Below are positions 43,929-57,475 of a stretch of DNA of 64,000 nucleotides, piece by piece; the first letter of the stretch is position 1; every line of letters starts with the position of its first letter. A program made the position numbers and the translations under genes. This stretch comes from Octopus sinensis (Eukaryota): NCBI RefSeq assembly GCF_006345805.1, contig NC_042998.1, positions 195,362,001 to 195,426,000 of the forward strand, given 5' to 3'. The notes under the pieces are model-generated. The model was given only the letters and a program-made list of their open reading frames with translations. It did not search any database and had not been told where the DNA came from.

Positions 43929-44009
43929 AAATGTTCTTCATGATAAAATTATTTTAGCATTTTGTACTTGTCCTGTTTTCCTATATATATAGATATATAT
44001 AATATATAT

Positions 44010-44061
<52 letters not shown>

Positions 44062-44719
44062 ATATTATATATGTCAACTCGTGTGCTACTTTTCAACCTT
44101 CTACACACACACACACATATTCAGCTCGTCCCACGGTTCCGAGGATTAATTTCTCTGTGACGAATATTTGGACCATTAATAGCAGTGGTAAATGTGGCTA
44201 ACAAGTTCATTCATCGCGCAGAACACGCGATTGCATTGACCCCATTTAAAGGTCGGAGTCGCTCGCGGTGGCCGCTGTCAATTGTCTTTGTCTCTTTTCC
44301 TGTTTCTTGATTATTTCTTTTCAAACAACATTAGGTTATTGTTTTTGCTTTGTCAGTAGTTGGGACAGTTGGTTACAGTCATCTCAGAAGCCAGGTGGGT
44401 GAAACTAGCCTGCTTCACAGTTAACATTAGCTGATCTTTGTAGAGTTGAAGCGGGGCACCTCTGTCATATGTATGTTGCCAGTTTGCTGAAGAGGATTTG
44501 ATGGCGAATTCGTTCATCGTTCATTCTGGTGACATGGTGTTTGATGATTAGTGATTCCATGCTCTTTTCCATCAGTTATTGGAAACATAGTCAAGGGAGA
44601 TGTTCAAGAGAGAGCGAAGTATCAGTTGATGAAAGTGTTTGAATTTTTGATGTCACGACGACACAAAGTCCAAGTTTCACAAATATATAAAAGCGTGGAT
44701 ATGACGACTGCTTGGTAGA

Positions 44720-44870
44720 CCATAGTCAAAGAGGCTGATAAAGGAAGTGCAGTTGTCTTAATCGACACGGTATACTATATAACTCTAGAACTATCCATAT
44801 TAGAAGGCACAACATATGGAAAGGTCCAACGCTACAGTCAGCAGATAATAATGAAATTATTGACAGCTTG
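44720..44870 (+). mobile_element. Penelope-like RT N-terminal fragment
   Basis: Translates IVKEADKGSAVVLIDT, matching the PLE ADKG..VV motif. Confidence 0.55.
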
Positions 44871-44944
44871 TTGCATTTCTAAGCACGAGTGCCACGTTGT
44901 CATCAGCATCCTGGAGTTCTGAGATTCGTTTGATACTGGTGAGT

Positions 44945-45340
44945 TACTCTGACGGTCCCTATCTGAAAGATTTGGTTTTCTTCCGGAGTTTTGTTCCAAC
45001 GGGGAGGTTTTTCCTTCTTTCTCAAAGGCTGTCATTACTTTCGAGATGGTACTTCTTGATACACGAAACATTTCAGTTGTTTACGTTACTCTAGCGCATG
45101 ACATACGAACACCAACAATTTGACTTCTTTGAAAGGTCGATAGATCTGTCATTTTAATGAATTTTAATTTTTTTTTCAGATGATATCTGAAAAGAGACGG
45201 CAATTTTAGCAAAACATATTAAGCAACACTAATAATAAATAAAAAAACATAAAAATAAACAAGCTTTTGACGGTTTTATAGATATTTCAAAATTATGATG
45301 CTATGACGCTAGGTGTTTCCATTATTTTGTCCGACCCCTG
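44945..45340 (-). mobile_element. Tc1-like transposon left end with HTH fragment
   Basis: TA|caggggtcggacaaaataatggaaacacc terminus on the minus strand and the peptide VSRSTISKV...SGRKPNLSDRD. Confidence 0.75.
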
Positions 45341-45947
45341 TACATGTACAAACATATATTCATACATACATGCTATCAATAAAATACACAAAACCTATAT
45401 GTAAATTTTAATGCTTTAAAAAACATAAACGCGTTTCTAAAAATTAACTGGAAGGATTACACGACTTTGTTGAAAATTACATAATTGTATTGATTCATCT
45501 CGTCAAACACTGTTGCAAGGAATTAATAAGTTTATGTGATTTCGAATAAACAGTTGTGCAATCTTCCAAGTTAATTTGACGAAATGCGTGTATGTTTTAT
45601 AAAGCTGAAATACTAAACGTTTTCTTTATTCTATTAATATTAAACATTGTCTGTATTCCACACACTACCTTATCACGTTGTTGATACTACCCCTAATTGC
45701 GCTGGATATAGGAGAGGAATGTGGGACGTACTGCTGATTCTGAATTTTTGGTTACGTGTCGCGCTTTACAGCGCATATGTATTTATTTCTTTATTGCCTA
45801 CAGGGGTTAAACACAGAGAGGACAAACAAGGACAGACAAAGGGATTAAGCCGATTACATCGACCCCAGTGCGTAACTGATACATACTTAATCGACCCCGA
45901 AAGGATCACTCTCTCTCTCTCTCTCACTCAGTATATATATATATATA

Positions 45948-46144
45948 TAGGGAGAGTTCACGAAAAAAAAAAACAAAAGACGAAGACAGGTGGTGTACAA
46001 AACAAACAGATGTATTAGTATAACGCTCAGGAATTGAAAAAGTCTTTTACGTTTCGAGCCTACGCTCTTCTACAGAAAGGGACACAGAAAAAAGCAAGGA
46101 GAGAAAAAAATGTGTGTAGTGGCTACCGATCTACCGTGGCGACT
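45948..46144 (-). mobile_element. ~195-bp (TA)n-inserted element with a hammerhead-like motif (46044-46079), copy 1
   Basis: cttt CTGTAGA a gagc-gtag-gctc GAAA cg TA aaag. Homologous copies at 47430 and 59201. Confidence 0.75.
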
Positions 46145-47429
46145 AATAATATATATAGATATATAATATATATATATATATCACGTAGATTTCTACTATA
46201 TGGAACTTCAACAAATTGCAATTTTCAAGCATTATTCTTCATTATTTGATAAGCAATTCTATTTCCCTCGGTCTGCAAGCTGTATAACTTACGTATTGTC
46301 TGCCAATCTCTTCTCATGAGTGTGAAATGTTTCCAGTCATTATCGCCAAATTCTCAGGGACTTAAGGGCGTCCTTTGTGACGAAATAAAATTTCTTATTT
46401 GGCTGGCACAAGAGATGCCTACTAAGAGCCCGATAGAATAAGTACAAGGATTACAAAGAATAAATCCTGGGGTCGATTTGCTCTCGACTAAAGGCGGTGC
46501 TCCAGCATGGCCACAGTCAAATAACTGAAACAAGTAAAAGAGTAAAAGAGTACACATTAACTTGTGTTAGTTGAACTATGTTAAAATGTTAGAAAAAGAA
46601 ACCTAACTGATTCTTGCAATACATACCAATACATTCATCTAAAGCTAAATTTTTTCAGGACCCTTGAAATACTATTGCGAATTCCCTATTTACTCTTTTC
46701 TTACGAGGAGCCACAAAAAATCTTTTATGGACCCTCAGGGGCCATATGGACTCCGGTTGATAACTTCTGCTCCGTACAAATATGCTCTGTTTCCTAGTAA
46801 TGCTATTCATGTATATTATGTATATGTGTTAGTCTGGAGATTCTGGTTATTATTTCTTTGCATGCTTTCAATCATCCTCATTAAAGATTTTCTATTTTCA
46901 CCCCCAACTACCAGATTCTAGTTATCTCTATTTTCATATAATTATAGCTAATTAATTTCCTTATATCTTTTCGAGATACATCCATAAGGAGAGATTACTT
47001 TTCCTGATGGTTCTTGACGACAATATCTTCCAACTAACACTTAATCTCCTTGTCTGTGTAGATCGATTAATTTTACTGATCATTCTGTGATACCTTTTCT
47101 TGTGTATATTTATACCACTTCCCTTCCGTTGGTATTTCATAATGCTAGTACAACTTCTAGTATATATAAGTCCCATTTCTCTCTTATCTTCTTTGTTGGC
47201 GAAGACTAAGCTACCAGTGATAATGTGATAGTTTCTTCTCAACCTTAACATACACTTCAGTTTATTTATGCATTCTGGTTCATTATATAATTTTGGTGGG
47301 GTTTTTTCATGGTAAGACCTTCATTCAGTGCAGCAAACAAGAATTTCTTCATTTTTCGCTTTGAATTTTACACTATTCAAACAACATTCTGATATTTCTT
47401 ACATGCCTTCACGATATATATATATATAT

Positions 47430-47626
47430 TCGCCATGATAGATCGTTAGCCACTACACATTCTTTATTTTCTCTCCTTGTTTCTTTCTATGTTCCTTTCT
47501 GTAGAAGAGCGTAGGCTCGAAGCGTTAAAGACTTTTTCACTTCCCGAGCTTTATACTCATACATCTGTTTGTTATTTACACCACCTGGCTTCGTCTTTTG
47601 TTGTTTTTTTTGTGTGAATTCTCCCT
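47430..47626 (+). mobile_element. Same ~195-bp element, copy 2 (GAAA mutated to GAAG)
   Basis: Aligns end to end with the other two copies and is flanked by (TA)n. Confidence 0.75.
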
Positions 47627-47772
47627 ATATATATATATAACAGTGTGTAAATATTAGGTTAAAAACCCTTTGAATAGAATAGAAAAAAGTCGGAGACTAC
47701 CGTCACTCGCGAACGAGTATGGGTCGATAACATGTATCATGCTTTTGCTAAGTGTGTGCGTGTATTTGTGTG

Positions 47773-47804
<32 letters not shown>

Positions 47805-48167
47805 TATATGTATGTATGTATGTATATATGTATGTATGAATGTGTGTATGTATGTATGTGTGTGCGTTTGTTAGCATGCGTGTGCGTCGGGGTGATACAA
47901 AAGTCTCTTTAGCATTCATATGACCAAGCTAACAACTGATGTCATGTGTGGTCAGTTCAGATTTTTATTTCCCCTCTCACCTTCTCTCTTCCCCTCCCCG
48001 CACTTCTTCCACCTTCGCAATTGTCACCACAAATCTTTGGTGAACTGAAATGTTACTGTCACATGAGAGGAGTCTAACGAAATGGTAAATTGAATACAGC
48101 TGGAATCGTAACATAAGGTGAGTGTTGTATATGTATTTAATATACTGGCGTATGGGACCATATATAT

Positions 48168-48222
<55 letters not shown>

Positions 48223-48562
48223 ATATATATATAGGTATATATTACATAGCTATAACTATCTATCTATCTACCCATCTACATGTCTGTCTGTCTATCTGTA
48301 TGTCGATATGTACATATGTATGTAAGTATGTATGTATGTATGTATGTATGTATGTATGAATGTATGTATGTATGTATGTATGTGTGTGTGTATGTATTTA
48401 ATGTATGTATGTATGTAATATGTATGTATGATGTTGTATGTATGTTGTAAGTATGTATGTATGTATGTATGTATGTATGTATGTATATAATGTATATATG
48501 TATGTTGTATGTATGTATGTAGTATGTAGGTATGTATGTATGTACGTACGTATGTATGTATG

Positions 48563-48593
<31 letters not shown>

Positions 48594-49104
48594 TGTATGT
48601 ATGTATGTATGTAGCTGTATGTATGTATGTATGTATGTATGTATTGTGTATTATGTATGTATGTATGTATGTATGTATGTATGTATGTTGTATGAATGTA
48701 TGTATGTATGTATGTATATGTTGTGATGTATGTGTGTTGTATGTATGTATGTATGTATGTATGTACGTATGTATTTGTATGTATGTATGTAATGTACGTA
48801 TGTATGTATGTTACGTATGTATGTATGTATGTATGTATGTATGTATGTATGTATGTATGTATGTATGTATTATATGAGTGCGTGTATATATAGATTCTTT
48901 TACTCTTTTACTCGTTTCAGTCATTTGACTGCGGCCATGCTCCAGCAACGCCTTTAGTCGAACAAATCGACCCCCAGGACTTATTCTTTGTAAGCCTAGT
49001 ATTTATTATATCGATCACTTTTGCCAAACCGCTAAGTTACGGCGACGTAAACACACCAACATCGGTTGTCAAGCGAAGGCGGGGGAAACAAACAAGACAC
49101 ACAA

Positions 49105-49140
<36 letters not shown>

Positions 49141-49145
<5 letters not shown>

Positions 49146-49600
49146 TATAGAGACAAAACCACTATTTTGCAAAACAAACAAGGAAAGACTTAATCAATAT
49201 AATTATCTCCCTTTACGAAACACGCCAAGGCAACCATTAGGTTGTTCACTCTAAACATTCAAAATGCCACGACAAATATCAGAAATAAAGGAATTTTTGT
49301 TGACTGCGAGAAGGAAAGATGCAAAATCCGTAAAAATTAAGAAGAATCGGGATAATGTTAAATTCAAAGTTCGTTGTAGCCGCTTCTTGTATACACTGGT
49401 TATACATGACAGAGAAAAGGCTGACAAATTAAAGCAATCTTTACCACCAGGTTATTGATTAAGTCTTTCCTTGTTTGTTTTGCAAAAAATAGTGGTTTTG
49501 TCTCTATAATATTTATAATATTTTACTATAAAATTGGATTTTATCCTAAATCTGATTTTTTTCCCTGTAAATTTGGATTTATTCCCTAATATTATTATTA
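49141..49600 (+). mobile_element. Inverted-arm element enclosing the RPL38 copy (arms 49141-49199 and 49453-49513, tail to ~49600), in (TA)n
   Basis: The ~60-bp arms are exact reverse complements except for a 2-nt difference in an A run. Confidence 0.85.
49264..49458 (+). pseudogene. RPL38: 60S ribosomal protein L38 (eL38) intronless copy, C-terminally truncated retrocopy
   Basis: [63 protein letters not shown] is clearly eL38. It lacks the usual last ~7 residues, and the stop comes from the flanking repeat arm. Confidence 0.88.
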
Positions 49601-49627
49601 TATATATATATATATAATATATATAAC

Positions 49628-49666
<39 letters not shown>

Positions 49667-49840
49667 ATGTGTGTGTGTGTGTAAGACGAGTCTCTTTCAG
49701 TTTCCGTCTCTCGAACACACTCACAAGGCTTTGATCGGCTTGTGGCAATTGTGGGAGACACTTAACTTAGGTGCCACGCAGCCACTCCTGCGCCTCATAG
49801 TCACTCCTACACGCGCACACACACACACACACACACACAC

Positions 49841-49883
<43 letters not shown>

Positions 49884-49908
49884 ATAAGTATGCATGCATA
49901 TATACACA

Positions 49909-50523
49909 GGGCGGCAGAATTGTTAGCACGCCGTTCGAAATGCTTAGCGGCATTTCGTCCGTCTTTACTTTCTGAGTTCAAATGCTACCGAGGTCGTCTT
50001 TGCCGTTCATCCTTACGGGTTAGATAAAATAAATACCAGTTGAATACTGGGGTCGATGTAGTCGACTTATCCCCTCCCCCAAACTTGCTGGGTTTGTGCC
50101 AAAATTTGAAAATCGTTAGCACGTCGGTCGAGATGCTTAGCGGTATTTCGTCTGTCCCTACGTTCTGAGTCCCAATTCCGCCGTCGCCGACTTTGCCTTT
50201 CACCTTTTGGGGTCGATGAAATAAGTACCAGTTGCGTACTGGGGTCGATATAATCGACTAGGCCCCTACCTCTAAAATTTCAGGCATTGTGCTTATAATA
50301 AAAAGGATTATTCTTTTCAACTCTAGGCACAAGGCCCGAAATTTTGGAGGAGCGGGGCAATCAATTAGATCGACTCCAGTACGCAATTAGTACTGAATTT
50401 ATCGGCCCCAAAAGGTGAAAGTCAAAGTCGACCTCGGCGGAATTTGAACCCAGAACATAAAGACAGACGAAATACCGCTCAGCATTTCGCCCGGCGTGCT
50501 AACGTTTCTGCCAGCTCGCCGCC
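49909..50523. mobile_element. Cluster of tRNA-derived SINEs of another family (also 53365-53545 +, 54380-54611 -, 45780-45905 -)
   Basis: Shared ggcagaa.cgttagcacgccgggcgaaatgc...ctgagttcaaattccgccgaggtcgactttgcctttcatcc...gtaccagtt...ctggggtcgat. Confidence 0.8.
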
Positions 50524-50544
50524 TGTGAAACGGATTATTATTAT

Positions 50545-50582
<38 letters not shown>

Positions 50583-50650
50583 TTATTATTATTATTATTA
50601 TTATTACTACTACTACTACTACTACTATACTACTACTACTACTATTATTA

Positions 50651-50715
<65 letters not shown>

Positions 50716-51024
50716 ACACATACGCACGCACACAATATGGCAATAGCGTCACACAAAATGCATTGTTTGTATTTATTCGTTTACGCCATATTTCCACCTA
50801 AGACGAAGAAAGGAGGCCCCAGGATGCCAGGCAGAAGGCTTTACGTTATTACTTTGGCTCTCTGCTCTCTGAATTCTAATCCTTCGACGGTGATCTTTGT
50901 CTTTCATTTCCTCACGTTTGTGAAAAAGTACCAGTTCAAAGAAGCAGTACTTCGATGGCGTTTTGGCATTTATTTCAGCTATTAATCTTCTGAGTTCAAA
51001 TCCCGACTCCAGTCACAGTACAAA

Positions 51025-51113
<89 letters not shown>

Positions 51114-51121
51114 AATAATAA

Positions 51122-51695
51122 TAGATGCCCTGATGCAGTACCAGGCAGTGGCTCTCGTGGCTTCTGATCTTAACTTAATGGAAGTGTTATCATGTACATT
51201 GTTTTGCCTTGGTATAAAAGATGGGCTACAGCAAATATTCTACTCAATACCACAGATTTTTCTTGTCAGTTGTTTGACCGTAACCAGTTGAGCATGTCCC
51301 TTAGTGGCTGACGATATGTGCATCTCTGATCACGAGCAGAAGTAGTGGGGGAGCATCATAGCCATGTGTTGAAAGGAATTCTTAGAGGTTTGAATAATTC
51401 ACCTCTGGAAACATGGGTGTTTCGTTCAACATCCTTAAACAACCCTTATTCAAGGACTGTTTGAGCGGTATGGGTGACTAAACCAGAAGAAAATTCTTAC
51501 TGGGCCCCACCTGCAAGGTCATGTGCTGTTTATCTTGATATGAGATCACCATGACGCGCACATATGGTTGTGATGCATGTGCCTGGTGTACCTATTTATC
51601 AGACGGGTAGTCCTGATGGGTACCTGGGCTTCGTATATTTTATACCTTACCACCCCAGTGTCACTTTGATGGCATGCACTGCTCTCATCACTCAT
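51122..51695. mobile_element. Unclassified ~570-bp insert between (TAA)n tracts
   Basis: A block of balanced composition with (TAA)n on both sides and no recognisable ORF. Confidence 0.4.
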
Positions 51696-51750
51696 ATATA
51701 ATAATAATAATAAAATAATAATAATCTAATAATAATAATAATAATAATAA

Positions 51751-51987
51751 TTGCTCATGGGAACTGCTCATATCCTACGCAAAATATTTTCTATGTAATC
51801 TCGAGTTTTAAAACAAACATAATTTTCGTATTTTTTTTTGACATTCCCTAGTACAACACTAAATACAAACCAAAATATGGCACACTAGGCATAACAAACA
51901 CACACGAACTCCAACCTGTTGTCTCTTGAGGTCTCTAGGTTAGATTGGAGCCAACTTGTACAAATATAAAGCAAAGTCAAACATAGA

Positions 51988-51988
<1 letters not shown>
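51751..51988 (+). mobile_element. 3' end of an R4/Dong-like non-LTR element in (TAA)n
   Basis: LLMGTAHILRKIFSM* resembles the R4-clade C-terminus, and both flanks are (TAA)n, the known Dong target. Confidence 0.6.
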
Positions 51989-52052
<64 letters not shown>

Positions 52053-52600
52053 TTAAATAACTAAATAAATAAATAAATAAATAAATGAATAAATGAATAA
52101 ATAAAATGCCCTTCAGCGGAAAATGTTATAGGAAATATTTCAGCAAGCGTCGAAATATTTTAGCCTATCTCTTTATCTCTTTGCTGGAAGAAGAAAATGT
52201 AAAGGAATTTTTAAATCCAGACATTCATAGAAGAAAGTATGGGCGTGTGCGTGTACATATACATACATACATACATACATGCACACACGCATACATATAT
52301 ACATACATACACATACACATACGCGCGCGCGCGCACACACACACGGTTTGGCGAAAGCAAGCAGGAAATTTCAAAGTCGCCGGCCAATTCTACTTGTACG
52401 AAAGTTCAATAAACATGTACTCTACTAAAAGTTGTTGTTAAATTGTTTTATATTTGACTTGACATAGAAATATGCATAAATGTGTGCATGTGTGTGTGTA
52501 TGTGTGTGCGTGCGTGCGTTTGCGTGTGTATGTGCATTTGTGTGTATAAAGAGATCTATAGTTCTTAAAATTCTCTATTTAAAAGTCATTTTTTAAAATT

Positions 52601-52998
52601 CGTAGAAGTGGCTGTGTGGTGAGTAGATTGCTTACCAACTACATGGTTCTGGGTTCAGCCCCACTGCGTGGCACCTTCTACTATAGCTTCGGGCCGACCA
52701 AAGCCCTGTGAGTGGATTTGGTAGACGGAAACTGAAAGAAGCCCGTCGTATATATGTATATATATATGTGTGTGTGTGTGTGTGTATATGTTTGTGTGTC
52801 TGTGTTTGTCCTACCAACATCGCTTGACAACCGATGCTGGTGTGTTTACGTCCCCGTCACTTAGCGGTTCGGCGAAAGAGACCGATAGAATAAGTACTGG
52901 GCTTACAAAGAATAAGTACTGGGGTCGATTTTCTCGACTTAAAGGCGGTGCTCCAGCATGGCCGTAGTCAAATGACTGAAACAAGTAAAAGAGAGAGA
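52601..52998 (+). mobile_element. Near full-length tRNA-derived SINE with an internal microsatellite
   Basis: Head, (TA)(TG) middle and LINE-like tail. An inverted copy lies at 54700-55099. Confidence 0.8.
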
Positions 52999-55289
52999 GT
53001 ATTTCCAATAGCATAGAAAATAGAAAGTTGCTTATTGTTTCAGTTTCTTATTTTAAATATGATTTTTGCTTATTTAGATTTATAAGCTCCATATGTTGAG
53101 CGGCTGCATATTCTAATATTTAAATACATTTCGAATATTTTAAAAATTACGAGTGCGATTCGAGAATATTTTAGAAATATCGAATATCTTAAAGATTTAA
53201 ACAAATCTCAATGTAAAATAATTATTAGATTATTTTCCATCTAGCTTGGTATTTGAAACAGCATTTTAATATCTGAAGTAGAAGATTCCATAGCTTCAAG
53301 TTTCCAATATGTGTTGCCAATTTTATGTGAAATGTAATTACTTTCCTGTATTACTCCAAATTTTTCGTCTGCCGTTACGTTCTGAGTTCAAATTCCGCCG
53401 AGGTCGACTTTGCCTTTCATCATCCTTTCAGGTCGAGAAATTAAGTACAGTTACGCCCTGGGGTCGATGTAATCGGCTTATCCTTCCGTTTTATTTGTCC
53501 TTGTTTGTCCCCTCTGTGTTTAGCCCCTTGTGGTAGTAAAGCATAGGTATTACTCCGAATACAGGTAAATCATTTGAAATAAATTTTTACCATTAAAAAT
53601 GTGAAGCAATGCACGAATAAATCTTTACTATCTTTCTATTTGAATACGCCGTTTAAGTTTTTAAAGAACGAATTTTAAATGCGAAATTTTACTAACATAT
53701 TTCATTATCAGACAATTACAGCACAATGTTCAAGTTCAATTTCATACCGTGGTGCCTGTCGGGGAAAACGGCCCTTGGAAGATTATGTAAGCTGGAATAA
53801 TACCTTGCACATTCCAGTTCTTCGAACGAGATAGAGGGCCTCTTTGCCATCATTTTGTGTATCTGTTCATCATTGAATTTTCAGCATCATAGGCATAATC
53901 ACTCGATGAGCATGACAAAAACAAAACACGGTATCAAGCGCAACAAGCGTGGGGAAAAAAGCCCATATCGAGAGTTTAATTCTTTCCCATACAAACAATC
54001 GTTAGACTTCATTGAAAAATATTGTTCTCTACGTAATTGACAAGGATGTTGGACAGTGTGGAGAGCCAGATCCTGCGCAACTGAATTCGCAACTCTCAGT
54101 CGAGAGATTCTTTCGACATCCATGTCAAAACAAGGACTACATTTAGTACCCCACATAAAAAAAGGCTTATACAAAGATTAAGCAATAGATGGCATCTAAT
54201 TTGAGAGTAGTTTTCCTTGATGTTTCTTATGGAACAACAGAACATTTTTGATCAACCAAATTTTAGCAAAATTCGTTCACTAAGCAAAATGCTATTGTAG
54301 AAGAGGCCTGTTCGGGTGCTGCCTTAACTTTGCTCAAAGGTGGCAGTACTACACTGCTCATTGTGCGTTTAAGTTACCTATTTCTTTACTACTCACAAGG
54401 GGCTAAACACAGAGGGAACAAACAAGGACAGACAGACGGATTAAGTCGATTATATCGACCCCAGTGCGTAACTGGTACTTAATTTATCGACCCCGAAAGG
54501 ATGAAAGGCAAAGTCGACCTCGGCGGAATTTGAACTCAGAACGTAGCGGCAGACGAAATACGGCTACGCATTTCGCCCGGCGTGCTAACGTTTCTGCCAG
54601 CTTACCGCCTTCTGTGTTTAAGTTACCACTCACCCATATATACAGGGTTGTCCTGTATACTGTCATGTGATATTTATATATATATATACATACACACATA
54701 CTCTACTCTTTTACTTGTTTCAGTCATTTGACTGTGGCCATACTGGAGCACCGCCTTTAGTCGAGAAAATCGAACCCAGAGCTTATTCTTAGTAAGCCTA
54801 GTACTTATTCTATCGGTCTCTTTTGCCGAACTGCAAAGTTACGGGGACATAAATATACCAGCATTGGTTGTCAAGCGATGTTGGTGGGACAAACACAGAC
54901 ACACAATCATATACACATATATATATAAATATATATACGAAGGGCTTCTTTCAGTTTCCGTCTACCAAATCCACTCACAAGGCTTTGGTCAGCCCCAGGC
55001 TATAGTAGAAGACACTTACCCAAGGTGCCACGCAGTGGGACTGAACCCGGAACCATGTGGTTGGTAAGAAAGCTACTTACCTCACAGCCACTTCTGCGCT
55101 TAAAGTTGAATTTTTCCTTGTTTATATGATGTCTAAAACTTTTGAGATTGTACTTTAGGTTATTTTTAATCTTGTTATTTAAGGAAATATATCTTTGATT
55201 TACTGAATATATTTTCTTAGAATTTTAAATTCATGTGCAACATAAAACAGAAGCAGTTCTAATAGGAATGTGCTTTATTCACCACAAAT

Positions 55290-56300
55290 CCTTGAGGAAA
55301 CAGTATTTTTTATTCTGCGGTGTAGTGTTCTGATGGAAAGATAGCTACTTGGATCATCATCATGTGGACATGCAAAATAGAACTGACCGTGAAACAGAAT
55401 GGGTTTGTCAGTTTAACTGCAACAATCCTTAAGGAATGTCCATAAACCCTGTTCATTGTTGTAGAAGAAGACAATATCATTGGAAACTAAATGTGCTTGG
55501 ACTGAAAATAACATGTCCGACTGTTTGAAGAGATTAGGCGGAATAGAAACATCTTCCCTGATACAACCAGTCACAATGATGGCTTCATAAGAGTTTTGAC
55601 AGTTAATCAAGCACTTTTACTGAATTTTAGTGCACCCAAATTTCGTAGCAACCTTAAAGGTGCTCCTAACTTCAGCTGCAAAATATGTGGGGCATCATTA
55701 GTTTCTCTATCTTGGCAGCACCGTTAACGTCAACTACAGTGCAGTCTCCTGTACTGTGTAGATTGAATAAGGGCAGTGTTAATACCCTGCATAATGTCAC
55801 TTATGTGAGTTGATATGTCATGTTCACAAAGTTACTCATGGTTTCTATAATTCTGTGAGACGCCGGGATAAAGGTTCAAGAGCTTTCTTGAGATTGGTTG
55901 ATGGTCATTTTAAAAGTTTAGGCATCTTGATGTCACCACTCTCAGTGTCAACTGCGAGATGACAATTGTGTCAAATTCAGGTGAAAGATTTACAAACTGG
56001 ACAGTCGAGATATTTCTATTAAGTGCAGTTCACATGTTCGTAAAAAGATGTTGTCTTCTTGTCTCCAAATAAAGGACTCTTTGAGGCATGTTCTCAACAC
56101 ATCAGTAAATGTAACTTTGAAAGAGTTTGCATGAAATCAACAGAAAATAAGACTGTTACTTCACCCATGATATTAGTGTTAACTCTGAGACCTTGTATGG
56201 TGAGATCAGGATCTGCAAATGCAAGCCTTTGTAACATCGCGCATTCATCTCATACCGGACGTTCTTGCTGTCCAGATCTTAGCCAGTATTGCAATGCATG
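55290..56300 (-). mobile_element. Helitron Pif1-like helicase relic
   Basis: Minus-strand V*DECAML...IMGEVTVLFSVDFMQTL, GAPLRLLRNL, IVTGCIREDVSIP and FHGQFYFAC match Helitron helicase motifs in the expected order. Confidence 0.75.
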
Positions 56301-56483
56301 CATACTACATACATACATACATACATACATACATACATACATACATACATCCATACATACATACATACATACATACATACAAACATATATATACATACAT
56401 ATAATATATATACATACACATATATACATACATATATATACATATATATAGATATATATATATAGATATATATATACACAACA

Positions 56484-56518
<35 letters not shown>

Positions 56519-57424
56519 ATATATATAATATATATATTTATAAATAAGGATAATAATCGATCTTATCAAGTGACCAGCATAGGAATAAATACATACAAAT
56601 GTAATAATTATTTAAAACTATAAATTAGGGTATCTGAGAGATACCACCATGCTGAAACAGCAGTCAAAACCCTGACCCTAAAGCCACCTTAAATGTTCAT
56701 ATAGCGCTAGGAGAGAAGACAGAAAAGCAAAATAAACTAGCAAAAAAGATTTTTCTGGATAATTCAAAATCCTGGATTTCTGACTTTGCTTCAGAAAAGT
56801 TCTGCCTTCTTCAGTTGAATATATCAGATAAGGACATAAACACACACACATATATTATATATATATATATATATATACAGAACATACGTTATACTTACAT
56901 ATATATATATATATGTGATTTAACTTATATATTATATATATAGATATATATTTATTTATTTATACACACACACACACACACATATTATATATATATATAT
57001 ATATCGCATGGCTCCGTGGTTAGAGCGTCGAGCTTACGATCGTGAGGTTATGAGTTCGAATCCGGACTGGGCTGCGTGTTGTGTTCTTGAGCAAGACAAC
57101 TTTTTCACGTTTCTCGTCCAGTTCCCTCAGCTGTAGAATGAGTTGCGACGTCACAGTACCAAGCTGTATCGGCCCCTTTGCCTTTCCCTTGGATAACATC
57201 AGTGGCGTGGAGAGGGGAGGCCGGTATGCATGGGCGACTGCTGGTCTTCCATAAACAACCTTGCCCGGACTTTGTGCCTGTGAGGATAACTTTCTAGGTG
57301 CAAGTGAATGTGAAGAATATCATATGAAATATATTAGACTATGACATACATACATACATACATACATACATACATACATACATACATACATACATACATA
57401 CATACATACATACATACACACCAC

Positions 57425-57471
<47 letters not shown>

Positions 57472-57475
<4 letters not shown>

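Larger units (their letters stand above)
41525..43981 (+). mobile_element. Degenerate Penelope-like element (RT + GIY-YIG endonuclease + 3' pseudo-LTR)
   Basis: LVSFDVDSLYSNI (41604), QKSGTAMVTRMGP, RHVDDCF (41939), IYYKPTD, CxxC (42946) and IYVLTFSGCREQYIGQT (~43040-43088). Many stops and frameshifts. Confidence 0.88.

Noticed and set aside
49264-49458. RPL38 as the functional gene
   Set aside because: The C-terminus is missing, no last exon was found downstream, the donor GTTATT would be weak, and the copy is enclosed by inverted repeat arms. Not fully excluded.
52960-52990. SINE tail agtc-aaat-gactGAAAC resembling hammerhead stem II plus GAAA
   Set aside because: No upstream CUGANGA-like core or stem I. 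Better explained as the LINE-recognition stem-loop.
53700-54200. Non-repetitive stretch with short ORFs, possibly a transposase relic or exon
   Set aside because: No motif could be identified with confidence.
56620-56820. Possible hammerhead cores (ctgagag...gaaac; minus-strand ctgaaga...gaaa) in another TA-flanked insert
   Set aside because: Stem II could not be paired convincingly by eye.
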